Below are positions 7,326 to 16,404 of a stretch of 24,561 nucleotides of DNA, piece after piece. The notes below the pieces were generated by a model, which was not told the DNA's origin, did no database searches, and worked only from the letters and a program-made list of their open reading frames with translations. The position numbers and the translations under genes are program-made. Positions within the stretch are counted from its first letter, which is position 1, and every line of letters starts with the position of its first letter. Source of the stretch: an uncultured Desulfovibrionaceae bacterium (GTDB taxonomy: Bacteria > Desulfobacterota > Desulfovibrionia > Desulfovibrionales > Desulfovibrionaceae); the NCBI GenBank assembly GCA_964369615.1, contig CAYJHT010000002.1, positions 1-24,561 of the forward strand, written 5' to 3'.

Positions 7326-8621
7326 CTAAATTTGAATTTTTTCAATCACTGCGACATACATCCCTTCAAGCCAAGGGTGAGAGTGGGGCGTTTGCCATTC
7401 AAAAACAAGCCTTGCATCAAGCTTTCCTTGAAGAAAATTTTGTATTTGTCCTTCGTTTTCTGCCGGATTCAATGTGCAGGTGATATATATAATATGTGAA
7501 TAAATAGAAAGGCTCGCCCAAACACTTTTTAAAATTTCTGATTGCAGCAAGATGTATTGTTGGACTTCTTCCTGAGTTCTTCTTATACGAATTTCAGGAC
7601 GCCGCGCTAAAGTTCCAAAACCAGAACAAGGAACATCTAATATCATACTCATTTCATGGGGAATACAAGAAAGAGCAGAAGCTGATTGACATACAACATG
7701 AGGGGAAGTGAGATTAAGGCGCTGCGCTGTCTTCTTAAATTGCCTTAATCGCAATAAAGAAGTATCACTGGCAAGATGCACTTTTTTGCCTTGCTCTAAA
7801 AGAATAAAAGATTTTCCCCCTTGCCCTGCGCACGCATCATAAAATGGCCTTTCACTTAAACGCGGTACATGTGCAAGACATTGAAAAAGAACTTCTTGAG
7901 ATGCGGCGGACTGCCACGAAAGTGCACCCTCACTATGCCAATCATCAAGACTTTTTCCCAAAAGGGTAGGGGGCTTTTTCGCCAAAAATGCAAAGGCCGA
8001 GAAAGCAAGTTTCTCTGTGTGCGCATGTAGTGCACATTGTGCTGACAATGCCTTATATTGCGCATGAAGGGGATTAAGTCGTATGCATGTTTTAGGACGC
8101 TGCAAGGAGCGAAACAATATTTTTTCTGCATTTTCTTGACCGTAAGATTGCACAAATAGGGTGTATTGCCAGCCCTGAACAGAGTAAAAAGAGGCCCTCT
8201 CCTTATAAAATTCTATTGAAAGAAGGGCTTCCGTCTCCTGAGATATCTTGCGCAAAAGGGCATTTGCAAGGCCGCCCATTTTCTTTCCGAAAAGTTTAGA
8301 AATTCTATTCACAGATGTAGAAATGCTTGCATACACGGGAACTTTATCCAAGAACAAAATTTCGTATACACTGAAACCTAATATGCAGCGCATGCGCGAT
8401 GGCAAACTTTTTGGCTTTTTGAGAAAAACAGCTAATATGGCATCAATGCGTATTGAATATCTACAAAAACCATAAACAAGCTCTGTGCAAAGGGATACAT
8501 CTTGAAAGGAAAGTTTTTCTTTTTTTAATGCATTATCCAAGGCATTTTGAACAGTATTTCCGGACATGATATCCTCATAGACCGATAAAGCCAGCCTGCG
8601 AGGATCAGATTTTTTATGCAT
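7326..8621 (-). CDS. rsmB: 16S rRNA m5C methyltransferase RsmB/Sun family (NusB-like N-domain)
   Basis: N-terminal NusB-like domain (ELVYG..R, ANALLR), SAM motif DACAGQGGKS, ILDVPCSGFG and YITCT catalytic cysteines. It lies downstream of def-fmt. Confidence 0.88.
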   Translation of the reverse strand: MHKKSDPRRLALSVYEDIMSGNTVQNALDNALKKEKLSFQDVSLCTELVYGFCRYSIRIDAILAVFLKKPKSLPSRMRCILGFSVYEILFLDKVPVYASISTSVNRISKLFGKKMGGLANALLRKISQETEALLSIEFYKERASFYSVQGWQYTLFVQSYGQENAEKILFRSLQRPKTCIRLNPLHAQYKALSAQCALHAHTEKLAFSAFAFLAKKPPTLLGKSLDDWHSEGALSWQSAASQEVLFQCLAHVPRLSERPFYDACAGQGGKSFILLEQGKKVHLASDTSLLRLRQFKKTAQRLNLTSPHVVCQSASALSCIPHEMSMILDVPCSGFGTLARRPEIRIRRTQEEVQQYILLQSEILKSVWASLSIYSHIIYITCTLNPAENEGQIQNFLQGKLDARLVFEWQTPHSHPWLEGMYVAVIEKIQI

Positions 8622-8636
8622 GGCACATACCTTGAA

Positions 8637-9434
8637 TCATTCTTGTGTAAAAATTTTAAGAGCGCTTTTTAAAGCGTCGATATGAAAATTCGTATTGAAG
8701 CAAGGCCCGTGCGGGCGTTCATTGACTATAGCGAAAACAGGCAAGGGATATGTGTCTTGAATACCGGACGTTAAATCTCTTTCACAAGCGACGGCGATAA
8801 TAAGATGTGGTTTCACATTCACCACAATACGACGCGCAATGGTTCCGCCAGTGGCAACATACAGCTGAAACTTTTCCGTATCACGCAAATTTAGCACATC
8901 TTTTAAGTCGCATATGCCACAACGATGGCAATTATCCACGCTATAGGTCAACCTGTGTGCACATGACGCATTTTGAATGCAGTGGGGGAGGAGCACAAGG
9001 ATTTTTTCTGGAGACATTTTTCTCCGTGAATCCAAGACCATTTCATTATTCACCTTCACAAAGGAAAGACGAATGCGCTCACGAGAAATGCCCATGGCAC
9101 GACCCACTAATTCCATCAAAGGGAAAATCAACTTGACTATCAAAGCGCGTAAAATTTTGCTGCCAAAAACAGGTTTTGCTGTATATATATGGTAAAGAAA
9201 TGAAAGGCACATCCAGCAAATAAAAAGGACAAGTGCAGCACTCATACTCCCTAAAATGTAAGGAAGCGATACATGAATGGCAGAAAGGCCAATAAAAGGA
9301 ATAAGCCAAAGAATGATAATTGCCAGACAAAGAAAAAAACAGGTGCCGCACATCAAACTCAAGAAAAGACGTTTGCCAACACCGCCATAGCCTGAGCGTG
9401 GTAGGGAAAAGGGGTTTTTCTTAAAAATGGGCAT
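8637..9434 (-). CDS. DUF116-family membrane protein (Cys-rich)
   Basis: Two N-terminal TM helices, then LPHCIQ...CHRCGIC...ATGG...IIAVACERDL...GPC, the DUF116 signature. It sits between fmt and rsmB. Confidence 0.85.
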   Translation of the reverse strand: MPIFKKNPFSLPRSGYGGVGKRLFLSLMCGTCFFLCLAIIILWLIPFIGLSAIHVSLPYILGSMSAALVLFICWMCLSFLYHIYTAKPVFGSKILRALIVKLIFPLMELVGRAMGISRERIRLSFVKVNNEMVLDSRRKMSPEKILVLLPHCIQNASCAHRLTYSVDNCHRCGICDLKDVLNLRDTEKFQLYVATGGTIARRIVVNVKPHLIIAVACERDLTSGIQDTYPLPVFAIVNERPHGPCFNTNFHIDALKSALKIFTQE

Positions 9435-9440
9435 AGTCCC

Positions 9441-10409
9441 TCATGCGTCCCTTGCAGTAGCCAAGCATCCAAGACCCCTTCTTAAATAGCCATTTGCAAA
9501 ATTTTCTGCATTCATTTCCGACTTATTCGCAGGACGCACCATTTCAATAACATAGAATCTGTCCTTTGTAGCCATTGCTAAGCATCCATTGTCCAAGCGC
9601 CACAATTCACCGGCCTTTGCATCGCTGTTCTCCAGACTCTCAGCAATTTTTCCAGAAACAATACGGACAACCATGTCTTCCTTATCGGGACGTTGCAAGG
9701 TGACTGAAACTCCAGGCCACGGCGTCAAGGCGCGTATAGAAGCATGGACAAATTTTGCGTCCATATCCCATGATATATTCCCCTCATGCTTAAGCACTTT
9801 CTTCGCATAGGTCGCTTGTGCGTCATCTTGGGGCGTGCATGTTCTCAGACCATTTTTATAGTCTTGAAGAACTTTTAACAAAAGCTCCGCACCAGAGAGG
9901 GCAAGAGCGTCTGTAAGACTCGCTGTTGTATGTTCGCCGATAAGCGTTTTCGCTTCCGCATAGACAGGACCTGTATCAAGTCCGGCTTCCATGTGCATGA
10001 TGCCAACACCGGTATATTCTTGACAGTCTAAAATGGCGCGTTGGATAGGGGCGGCTCCGCGATACAAGGGTAAAAGAGAAGCGTGAACATTGAGAGGCGC
10101 ATACTTTGGAATATCCAGCACTGATTGCGGCAATATAAGTCCATAAGCCGCAACTGCAAGGAAGTCCGGAGCAAAGGAAGCAAGTTCGTCCCTCGTCTTG
10201 ACATCCTTAAAATTTAATGGCTGCAAAACGGGGATATCATGCTCCAGGGCGAATTGTTTGACAGGCGGAGGAAGAAGCTTCTTACCTCTGCCCGCAGGTC
10301 TGTCTGGTTGGCAATACACAGCAGAAACACGAATAATAGGGGAGTCGTGGAGAGCTTGAAGGATATGCACTGAAAATTGAGGCGTACCCATAAACACACA
10401 GTTAATCAT
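9441..10409 (-). CDS. fmt: Methionyl-tRNA formyltransferase
   Basis: FMGTPQF, QPDRPAGRG, NVHASLLPLYRGAAPIQ and GLDTGP motifs. The start overlaps the def stop (ATGA). Confidence 0.97.
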   Translation of the reverse strand: MINCVFMGTPQFSVHILQALHDSPIIRVSAVYCQPDRPAGRGKKLLPPPVKQFALEHDIPVLQPLNFKDVKTRDELASFAPDFLAVAAYGLILPQSVLDIPKYAPLNVHASLLPLYRGAAPIQRAILDCQEYTGVGIMHMEAGLDTGPVYAEAKTLIGEHTTASLTDALALSGAELLLKVLQDYKNGLRTCTPQDDAQATYAKKVLKHEGNISWDMDAKFVHASIRALTPWPGVSVTLQRPDKEDMVVRIVSGKIAESLENSDAKAGELWRLDNGCLAMATKDRFYVIEMVRPANKSEMNAENFANGYLRRGLGCLATARDA

Positions 10410-10918
10410 TGATCCCTCAACATTCTCTTTACCTTTGAATCAAAAAAAGTACGTTTTAACCTACTGACATAGTCAATAAAAAGAGTTCCATTCAAATGGT
10501 CAAACTCGTGCTGTAAAACGATAGCCGGAAAATCTTCCCATTCTTCATCAATAATGTGGCCTTCAAGATTCAGCGCTTTAACACGGATTTTATCGTGTCT
10601 TTTTACATCTGCCCGATAATCAAAGGGAACTGAAAGACAACCCTCGCTTCTGCTGATAATGCATTCACCGAGTAATTCAATTTCCGGATTAATTAAAACG
10701 CGAAAGTCTTTCACTTCCTTATCCGGTGACGGATCCATGACAATGAGGCGTATATTATGACCCACCTGTGGTGCAGCCAAACCCACACCGGGCGCCGCAT
10801 ACATCGTTGCCTTCATATCTTCCACAAGATCGATTATTTCTTGAGTTATTTCGCCAATAGGAACACTTTCCTTGGCAAGACGAGGATCCGGATATTTTAA
10901 TATTTCCAAAAGAGCCAT
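10406..10918 (-). CDS. def: Peptide deformylase
   Basis: GVGLAAPQVG, EGCLS and QHEFDHL motifs. Start placed at ATG 10918 (MALLEIL) with SD AAGGA. Confidence 0.97.
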   Translation of the reverse strand: MALLEILKYPDPRLAKESVPIGEITQEIIDLVEDMKATMYAAPGVGLAAPQVGHNIRLIVMDPSPDKEVKDFRVLINPEIELLGECIISRSEGCLSVPFDYRADVKRHDKIRVKALNLEGHIIDEEWEDFPAIVLQHEFDHLNGTLFIDYVSRLKRTFFDSKVKRMLRDQ

Positions 10919-10943
10919 GAATAATTCCTTAAAATCCACGATG

Positions 10944-10975
10944 AAGGGGAAGAAGGATGCGTCCTTCTTCCCCTT
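10944..10975. other. 14-bp perfect stem-loop between aspS and def
   Basis: AAGGGGAAGAAGGA-TGCG-TCCTTCTTCCCCTT. No U-tract follows it in either direction. Confidence 0.75.
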
Positions 10976-10980
10976 AAAAA

Positions 10981-12849
10981 TTAAACGTTTTTATCCTTAT
11001 TTTGTTCGCGCAAGCGCAATCCCAATTCCCTTAGCTGCTTTGAAGATACAGCTCCCGGCGCACCTGTCAGCAAGCATGTTGCCTTTTGCGTCTTCGGGAA
11101 AGCGATGACATCTCGTATACTCGACACTTGGCAAAGAAGCATGACCAGTCTGTCAAGGCCGAAGGCGATGCCGCCGTGAGGCGGTGCGCCATGCTCTAAA
11201 GCACTTGTTAAAAAGCCAAATTGCTCTTCTGCCTCTTGTGCTGTAAAGCCAAGCGCTTCAAACATAAACTTTTGCACTTCTGCGGCATGGATACGGATAG
11301 AACCGCCGCCTACTTCGCTGCCATTCAAAACCATATCATAGGCACGCGCCTTCGCTTTTGAAGGCTCATTGCGCATATATTGCATATGTCCGTCAGCAGG
11401 AGATGTGAATGGGTGGTGACATGCGGCATAGCGCTTTTCTTCCGGATCATATTCGTAAAGGGGGAAGTCGGTCACCCACAAGAAATTAAAGGAATCTTCA
11501 GGAATGAGTTTGAAATATTCACCCAAATGGACGCGAAGATTGCCAAGAGCAGCGTTCACCATTTCGCTCTCGCCCGCTTGGAAAAAGACCATGTCGCCCA
11601 CTTCCAACTGCAAGGCTTCTTGAATACCTTTACGCTCTTCATCAGACAAAAACTTTGCGATAGGGGATTGCCATTCATTTTCACGAACTTTAATCCACGC
11701 AAGACCTTGTGCGCCATATATTTTTACAAATTCCGTAAAGGCGTCAATTTCTTTGCGTGTCATGCTCTCACCGCCGGGAACCTTCATGCCCTTCACCAAT
11801 TCAGCCGTGGCAAAAAGCTTAAAGCCAGAACCGTGAACAATAGAAGTTATATCCACAAGTTCCATGCCAAAGCGCGTATCTGGTTTGTCTACACCATACT
11901 TTGCCATAGCTGTGTCATAGGGCATGCGGGGGAAGGGGAGTGGAATGTCAATATTTTTAATCTGCTTAAAAATATGCGCCATAAGCCCTTCTGCCATCTG
12001 CATCACCTGATTTTCGTCTACAAAGCTCATTTCGATATCAATTTGTGTAAACTCAGGTTGACGATCGGCGCGTAAATCCTCATCGCGGAAGCAGCGTACA
12101 ATTTGGAAGTAACGGTCCATGCCCGACACCATAAGAAGTTGCTTGAAAAGCTGAGGCGACTGCGGCAATGCAAAAAACTCACCTTGATGCACACGACTCG
12201 GCACTAAAAAGTCACGCGCGCCTTCAGGTGTCGAACGTGTCAATATAGGCGTTTCAATTTCAAGGAAGCCTATATTATCCAAATATTGACGGACACATTG
12301 GGAAACTTTGTGGCGAAGCACAAAGTTTTGAACCATGCGCGGGCGACGCAAATCAAGATAGCGCCATTGAAGACGTAAGTTTTCCCCTGCTTCACACCTG
12401 TCTTCAATAGGAAATGCTGGCGTCTTTGACGTATTTAAAAGCTTCCATTCGTGCGCCACGACCTCTATTTCACCCGTCGGCATATTCGTATTTGTCATAC
12501 CTTCAGGACGAGGGCGAACAATGCCCTTAATAGCAAAGACGTATTCTGCACGCAATATGTGCGCCGTTTCGTGCGCGGCCGGCGCAATTTCAGGACTGAA
12601 AACCACTTGCGTCAAGCCATATCTGTCGCGCATATCCACGAAGATAAGGCCGCCGTGATCTCGACGATATTGCGCCCAGCCCATAAGGCATACCTCTTGT
12701 CCCTCTTCGGCAAGAGAAAGTGCCGCACAATGATGTGTGCGTTGCCAATCACCTAAGGAAACAATGTATTGCTGGTGCTCTGACTGAATATCAGCAACTT
12801 GACTTCCACCTTGCACTTCTGTTTGTGCATCACCCATTTCTTGACTCAT
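10981..12849 (-). CDS. aspS: Aspartyl-tRNA synthetase, probably non-discriminating (Asp/Asn)
   Basis: [46 protein letters not shown] and GAPPHGG motifs. Start placed at ATG 12849 (MSQEM) because the longer ORF overlaps hisS. Confidence 0.97.
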   Translation of the reverse strand: MSQEMGDAQTEVQGGSQVADIQSEHQQYIVSLGDWQRTHHCAALSLAEEGQEVCLMGWAQYRRDHGGLIFVDMRDRYGLTQVVFSPEIAPAAHETAHILRAEYVFAIKGIVRPRPEGMTNTNMPTGEIEVVAHEWKLLNTSKTPAFPIEDRCEAGENLRLQWRYLDLRRPRMVQNFVLRHKVSQCVRQYLDNIGFLEIETPILTRSTPEGARDFLVPSRVHQGEFFALPQSPQLFKQLLMVSGMDRYFQIVRCFRDEDLRADRQPEFTQIDIEMSFVDENQVMQMAEGLMAHIFKQIKNIDIPLPFPRMPYDTAMAKYGVDKPDTRFGMELVDITSIVHGSGFKLFATAELVKGMKVPGGESMTRKEIDAFTEFVKIYGAQGLAWIKVRENEWQSPIAKFLSDEERKGIQEALQLEVGDMVFFQAGESEMVNAALGNLRVHLGEYFKLIPEDSFNFLWVTDFPLYEYDPEEKRYAACHHPFTSPADGHMQYMRNEPSKAKARAYDMVLNGSEVGGGSIRIHAAEVQKFMFEALGFTAQEAEEQFGFLTSALEHGAPPHGGIAFGLDRLVMLLCQVSSIRDVIAFPKTQKATCLLTGAPGAVSSKQLRELGLRLREQNKDKNV

Positions 12850-12860
12850 TTTTTTTCCTG

Positions 12861-14141
12861 TTATTGTAATATAATACTTTCTACTGACAATTTCTTTTGT
12901 ATATGCTCGACAAGCTCTGTAAATTTTACGTTCTCTTGCTGCCCGGAGTCCATATGCTTCACCATGACACTCTTTGTGACGCACTCATCATCACCGATAA
13001 TTAAGGCAAGGCGCGCTTCACTCTTGCCTGCAAGGCGCATTTGACTCTTAAAACCAGCACCAGTGTGATTCAACTCCCCCTCAAAACCGGCATTGCGCAA
13101 TTCTAAAGCAACCTTAAAGGCAAAGTTTTGCGCCGCATCCCCCATACTCACAATGAAGAAATCGAGTCTGTGGCACTTCATATCAGGCATGAGCATAGCA
13201 AGACGCTCCATTCCGCACGCAAAACCTATACCCGGAACAGCAGGCCCGCCGAGTTGTTCCACAAGGCCGTCATAGCGACCGCCGCCAGCTATGGACGATT
13301 GCGCCCCGATACCGCCGGAAAGAACCTCAAATGTCGTGCGGCAATAATAATCCAAGCCGCGCACAAGGCGATGGTCGCGCACATAGTGCATGCCCACATC
13401 ATCAAGCAAAGTAAGCACGGTTGCAAAGTGATCCTTACACTCATCGCACACATGATCAGAAATATGGGGTGCCTTTTCAGTGTGTTCCTTGCACGTAGGT
13501 ACCTTACAATCTAAGACGCGCATAGGGTTTGTTTCTTTACGACGGCGACAATCTTCACACAATGCCTCTGGGTCCAATTGGTTTAAATACGCAAAAAGCA
13601 CGCTGCGATATTGCGGTTTGCATTGCGGACAACCAAGAGTATTTATATGCAATTCCGTGTCATTTATACCCAATGATTGTAAAAATGTCTCAAGCATAAC
13701 AATGATTTCCGCATCTGTATAAGGACCTTTTGCGCCAAGGCATTCACAATTTAACTGGTGAAACTGACGCATCCTGCCCTTTTGCGGTCTTTCATAGCGG
13801 AACATGGGGCCACACGTAAAATACTTACTCACCTGTTCTTTATTATGAATACTGTTTTGTATATAGGCGCGCATGACACCGGCTGTGGCCTCCGGACGCA
13901 GGGTGAGTGAGCGATCCTTTCTGTCTGGAAAAGTATACATTTCTTTTTGTACGACATCTGTCTCTGTGCCAATGCCGCGGCAAAAAAGTTCCGTGTGCTC
14001 CATGATGGGAGTGCGAAGCTCCTTATAGCCATACAATCCAAAAAGGGACCGCGCCGTATTCTCCATCAAGGTATACATAGTGCTTTGCGGCGCAAAAAGA
14101 TCCGCAAAACCCTTGATGCACTTTGTAAAATTCACGCTCAT
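12861..14141 (-). CDS. hisS: Histidyl-tRNA synthetase
   Basis: [31 protein letters not shown] and GGGRYDGL motifs, with SD GGAGGA. Confidence 0.97.
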   Translation of the reverse strand: MSVNFTKCIKGFADLFAPQSTMYTLMENTARSLFGLYGYKELRTPIMEHTELFCRGIGTETDVVQKEMYTFPDRKDRSLTLRPEATAGVMRAYIQNSIHNKEQVSKYFTCGPMFRYERPQKGRMRQFHQLNCECLGAKGPYTDAEIIVMLETFLQSLGINDTELHINTLGCPQCKPQYRSVLFAYLNQLDPEALCEDCRRRKETNPMRVLDCKVPTCKEHTEKAPHISDHVCDECKDHFATVLTLLDDVGMHYVRDHRLVRGLDYYCRTTFEVLSGGIGAQSSIAGGGRYDGLVEQLGGPAVPGIGFACGMERLAMLMPDMKCHRLDFFIVSMGDAAQNFAFKVALELRNAGFEGELNHTGAGFKSQMRLAGKSEARLALIIGDDECVTKSVMVKHMDSGQQENVKFTELVEHIQKKLSVESIILQ

Positions 14142-14171
14142 TCTGCTATGTCCTCCAACAAAACAACAATA

Positions 14172-15545
14172 TTAGCACTCATCACAAGGCTCTGGATATT
14201 CACCGCTAAAACAGGCCGTGCAATAGTCATTTTCTTTATTCACTGAACGCAAAAGCCCTTGAAGAGAAAGATAGTGCAGGGAATCTACGTTCAAAATCTG
14301 TCGAATTTCTTCCAAAGAATGGCGAGAAGCAATCAATTCTTCCGATGAAGGAAAGTTCACACCATAAAAACAGGGGAAACGCACAGGCGGTGACGATATT
14401 CTTATATGCACTTCCTTTGCGCCTAACTCGCGTAATTTTTTTACACGCGTCATCATTGTCGTTCCACGCACGATGGAATCATCGACAATACAGATTTTTT
14501 TGCCATCAATCATAGGCAAGACCGGATTGATCTTCATGCGCACGCCAAAATTGCGCATGCTTTGCGTCGGCTGAATGAATGTACGCCCAACATAATGATT
14601 GCGAATCATCGCATGCTCATAAGGTATTTCTGAACATTGGGCAAAACCCACTGCAGGATAGACGCCGGAATCCGGAAAAGGCATAACAAAATCTGCTTTG
14701 ACTGTGGATTCATGCGCAAGCTGCCAGCCCATACGCTTACGACAGACATACACTTGCTCATCATAAATTGTTGAATCCGGTCGCGCAAAATAGACAAGCT
14801 CAAAAATACATTGACTGAATTTTTTAGGACGCTGGCTTTCATGCAAAATTAACTGATGCGTTTTTACCTCGCCATTATGAACTACAATCATTTCACCCGG
14901 CTGGACAGAGCGAATATATTGTGCCTCTAAAAGATCAAGAGCGCACGTTTCAGATGCAAAAATAATACTTTCGCCTAATTTTCCCATACAAAGAGGATGA
15001 TAACCATGAGGATCGCGCACCGCAACCATCTTATCACCCACAAGAACAAGAAGACAATACGCTCCGCGCACGTGCGAACAGGCATCGCGCAATGCATCTT
15101 CAAGACACATATTGCGCATAGCCCGCACAAGCAAGTGCATAAAAATTTCTGAATCGTTTGTTGTATGAAATATAGAGCCTTGCTCTTCAAGCATACGTCT
15201 CAAAAATCTTGTATTTATGAGATTACCATTGTGTGCAAGGGCTATATCCATCCCCTGAAAACGCGCAACAAAGGGCTGGGCATTTCTCAAAAAAGACGCG
15301 CCAGTCGTAGAATAACGCACATGACCTATGGCTGTAGTGCCTTTCAGTTCATCAAAATGTTCTTCCTTAAAAACATCCGGAACAAGACCCATTCCTCTGT
15401 GATCATACAATGCTTTTCCATCATATGTAACAATGCCAGCACTTTCTTGCCCTCTGTGTTGTTGCGCATACAAACCAAAATACGTGAGACGCGCAGCTTC
15501 CTCATGGGGAGAAATACCTAAAAGACCACATTCATGAGTAATCAT
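14172..15545 (-). CDS. purF: Amidophosphoribosyltransferase (Fe-S type)
   Basis: Short propeptide then catalytic Cys (HE|CG), QHRGQESAG, GHVRYST, PRPP motif VDDSIVRGTT and C-terminal CTACF. Confidence 0.97.
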   Translation of the reverse strand: MITHECGLLGISPHEEAARLTYFGLYAQQHRGQESAGIVTYDGKALYDHRGMGLVPDVFKEEHFDELKGTTAIGHVRYSTTGASFLRNAQPFVARFQGMDIALAHNGNLINTRFLRRMLEEQGSIFHTTNDSEIFMHLLVRAMRNMCLEDALRDACSHVRGAYCLLVLVGDKMVAVRDPHGYHPLCMGKLGESIIFASETCALDLLEAQYIRSVQPGEMIVVHNGEVKTHQLILHESQRPKKFSQCIFELVYFARPDSTIYDEQVYVCRKRMGWQLAHESTVKADFVMPFPDSGVYPAVGFAQCSEIPYEHAMIRNHYVGRTFIQPTQSMRNFGVRMKINPVLPMIDGKKICIVDDSIVRGTTMMTRVKKLRELGAKEVHIRISSPPVRFPCFYGVNFPSSEELIASRHSLEEIRQILNVDSLHYLSLQGLLRSVNKENDYCTACFSGEYPEPCDEC

Positions 15546-15567
15546 AGACAGCTCCGTATAAAGAGAA

Positions 15568-16389
15568 TTACTTTACTCTTTTTTTCAAAGAATCAATGCG
15601 ATTATCCACAACCATCTTATTGGGATGGTTAAGGCGCGCAAGTTTAAATGACTTTAACGATTCTTCATATTTTTCCTGTTGTTCCAAAATATCACCTCTG
15701 AGAAATGATACCCTTGCTTGCGTATAATCATCTGATTCCATATGCAAAATTTGATTGAGCAAATCCATCGCATCGTCTAATTCATTCCGCGAAATCTTCA
15801 TATAAGCTAAATCATACATGCACAAGGACATATCCTGCGGTTCTATATCAAGCCCCATACAGCTATAGAGAGACTCCTCAAGTAAGGAATATTGCCGTGT
15901 ACGGAAATAGATGTTTCCCAAGCTCCTGTAAGCTGCAAATGCTTCATTTTGCCCTATGTTGTCAAGGTCTAAATACATATTCCAAACGTCGGTAGCCATG
16001 GCATAGTTGTGGTTTTTTTGAAGAAGGCTCGCAAAGGTAAAAAGAACAAATTTTTTTCTCTCCGGATCGTCAAAAAATTCTTGCAACATATCAGATAAAT
16101 GCACATGCATCGTCGCTGGATGCATGTCAACATACTCACTTGTCTTAAGCAACAATGTCCACGCTCTCCAACGCTTTTCAGAATTATTTTCCGTGCGCAA
16201 ATATCGCTCAAGCAAACTCTCAGCAAGAATCCATTCTCTTTCCAAAATATATTCTTCGGCATAGTCCAAATCATCCATACTTTCAGAAAAAATTCCGAAA
16301 AATGGCTTAAAAAAAGAACTCACAAAAAGAATGATAACCATAAAACACAAGGTTATGGTTGTTTTTTTCAAAAAAACTATCATGGACAC
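15568..16389 (-). CDS. TPR-like membrane-anchored protein
   Basis: N-terminal hydrophobic helix followed by helical repeats with TPR-like small/aromatic patterns (e.g. FLRGDILEQQEKYEESLKSF). Confidence 0.7.
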   Translation of the reverse strand: MSMIVFLKKTTITLCFMVIILFVSSFFKPFFGIFSESMDDLDYAEEYILEREWILAESLLERYLRTENNSEKRWRAWTLLLKTSEYVDMHPATMHVHLSDMLQEFFDDPERKKFVLFTFASLLQKNHNYAMATDVWNMYLDLDNIGQNEAFAAYRSLGNIYFRTRQYSLLEESLYSCMGLDIEPQDMSLCMYDLAYMKISRNELDDAMDLLNQILHMESDDYTQARVSFLRGDILEQQEKYEESLKSFKLARLNHPNKMVVDNRIDSLKKRVK

Positions 16390-16404
16390 ACCATACTTAA
16401 TATA

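Noticed and set aside
11380..12075. 231-aa plus-strand ORF
   Set aside because: Entirely antisense to aspS with no recognisable motifs; typical shadow ORF.
12850..12984. 45-aa N-terminal extension of the aspS ORF
   Set aside because: Overlaps the hisS 3' end; the ATG at 12849 has an SD-like AGGA and fits better.
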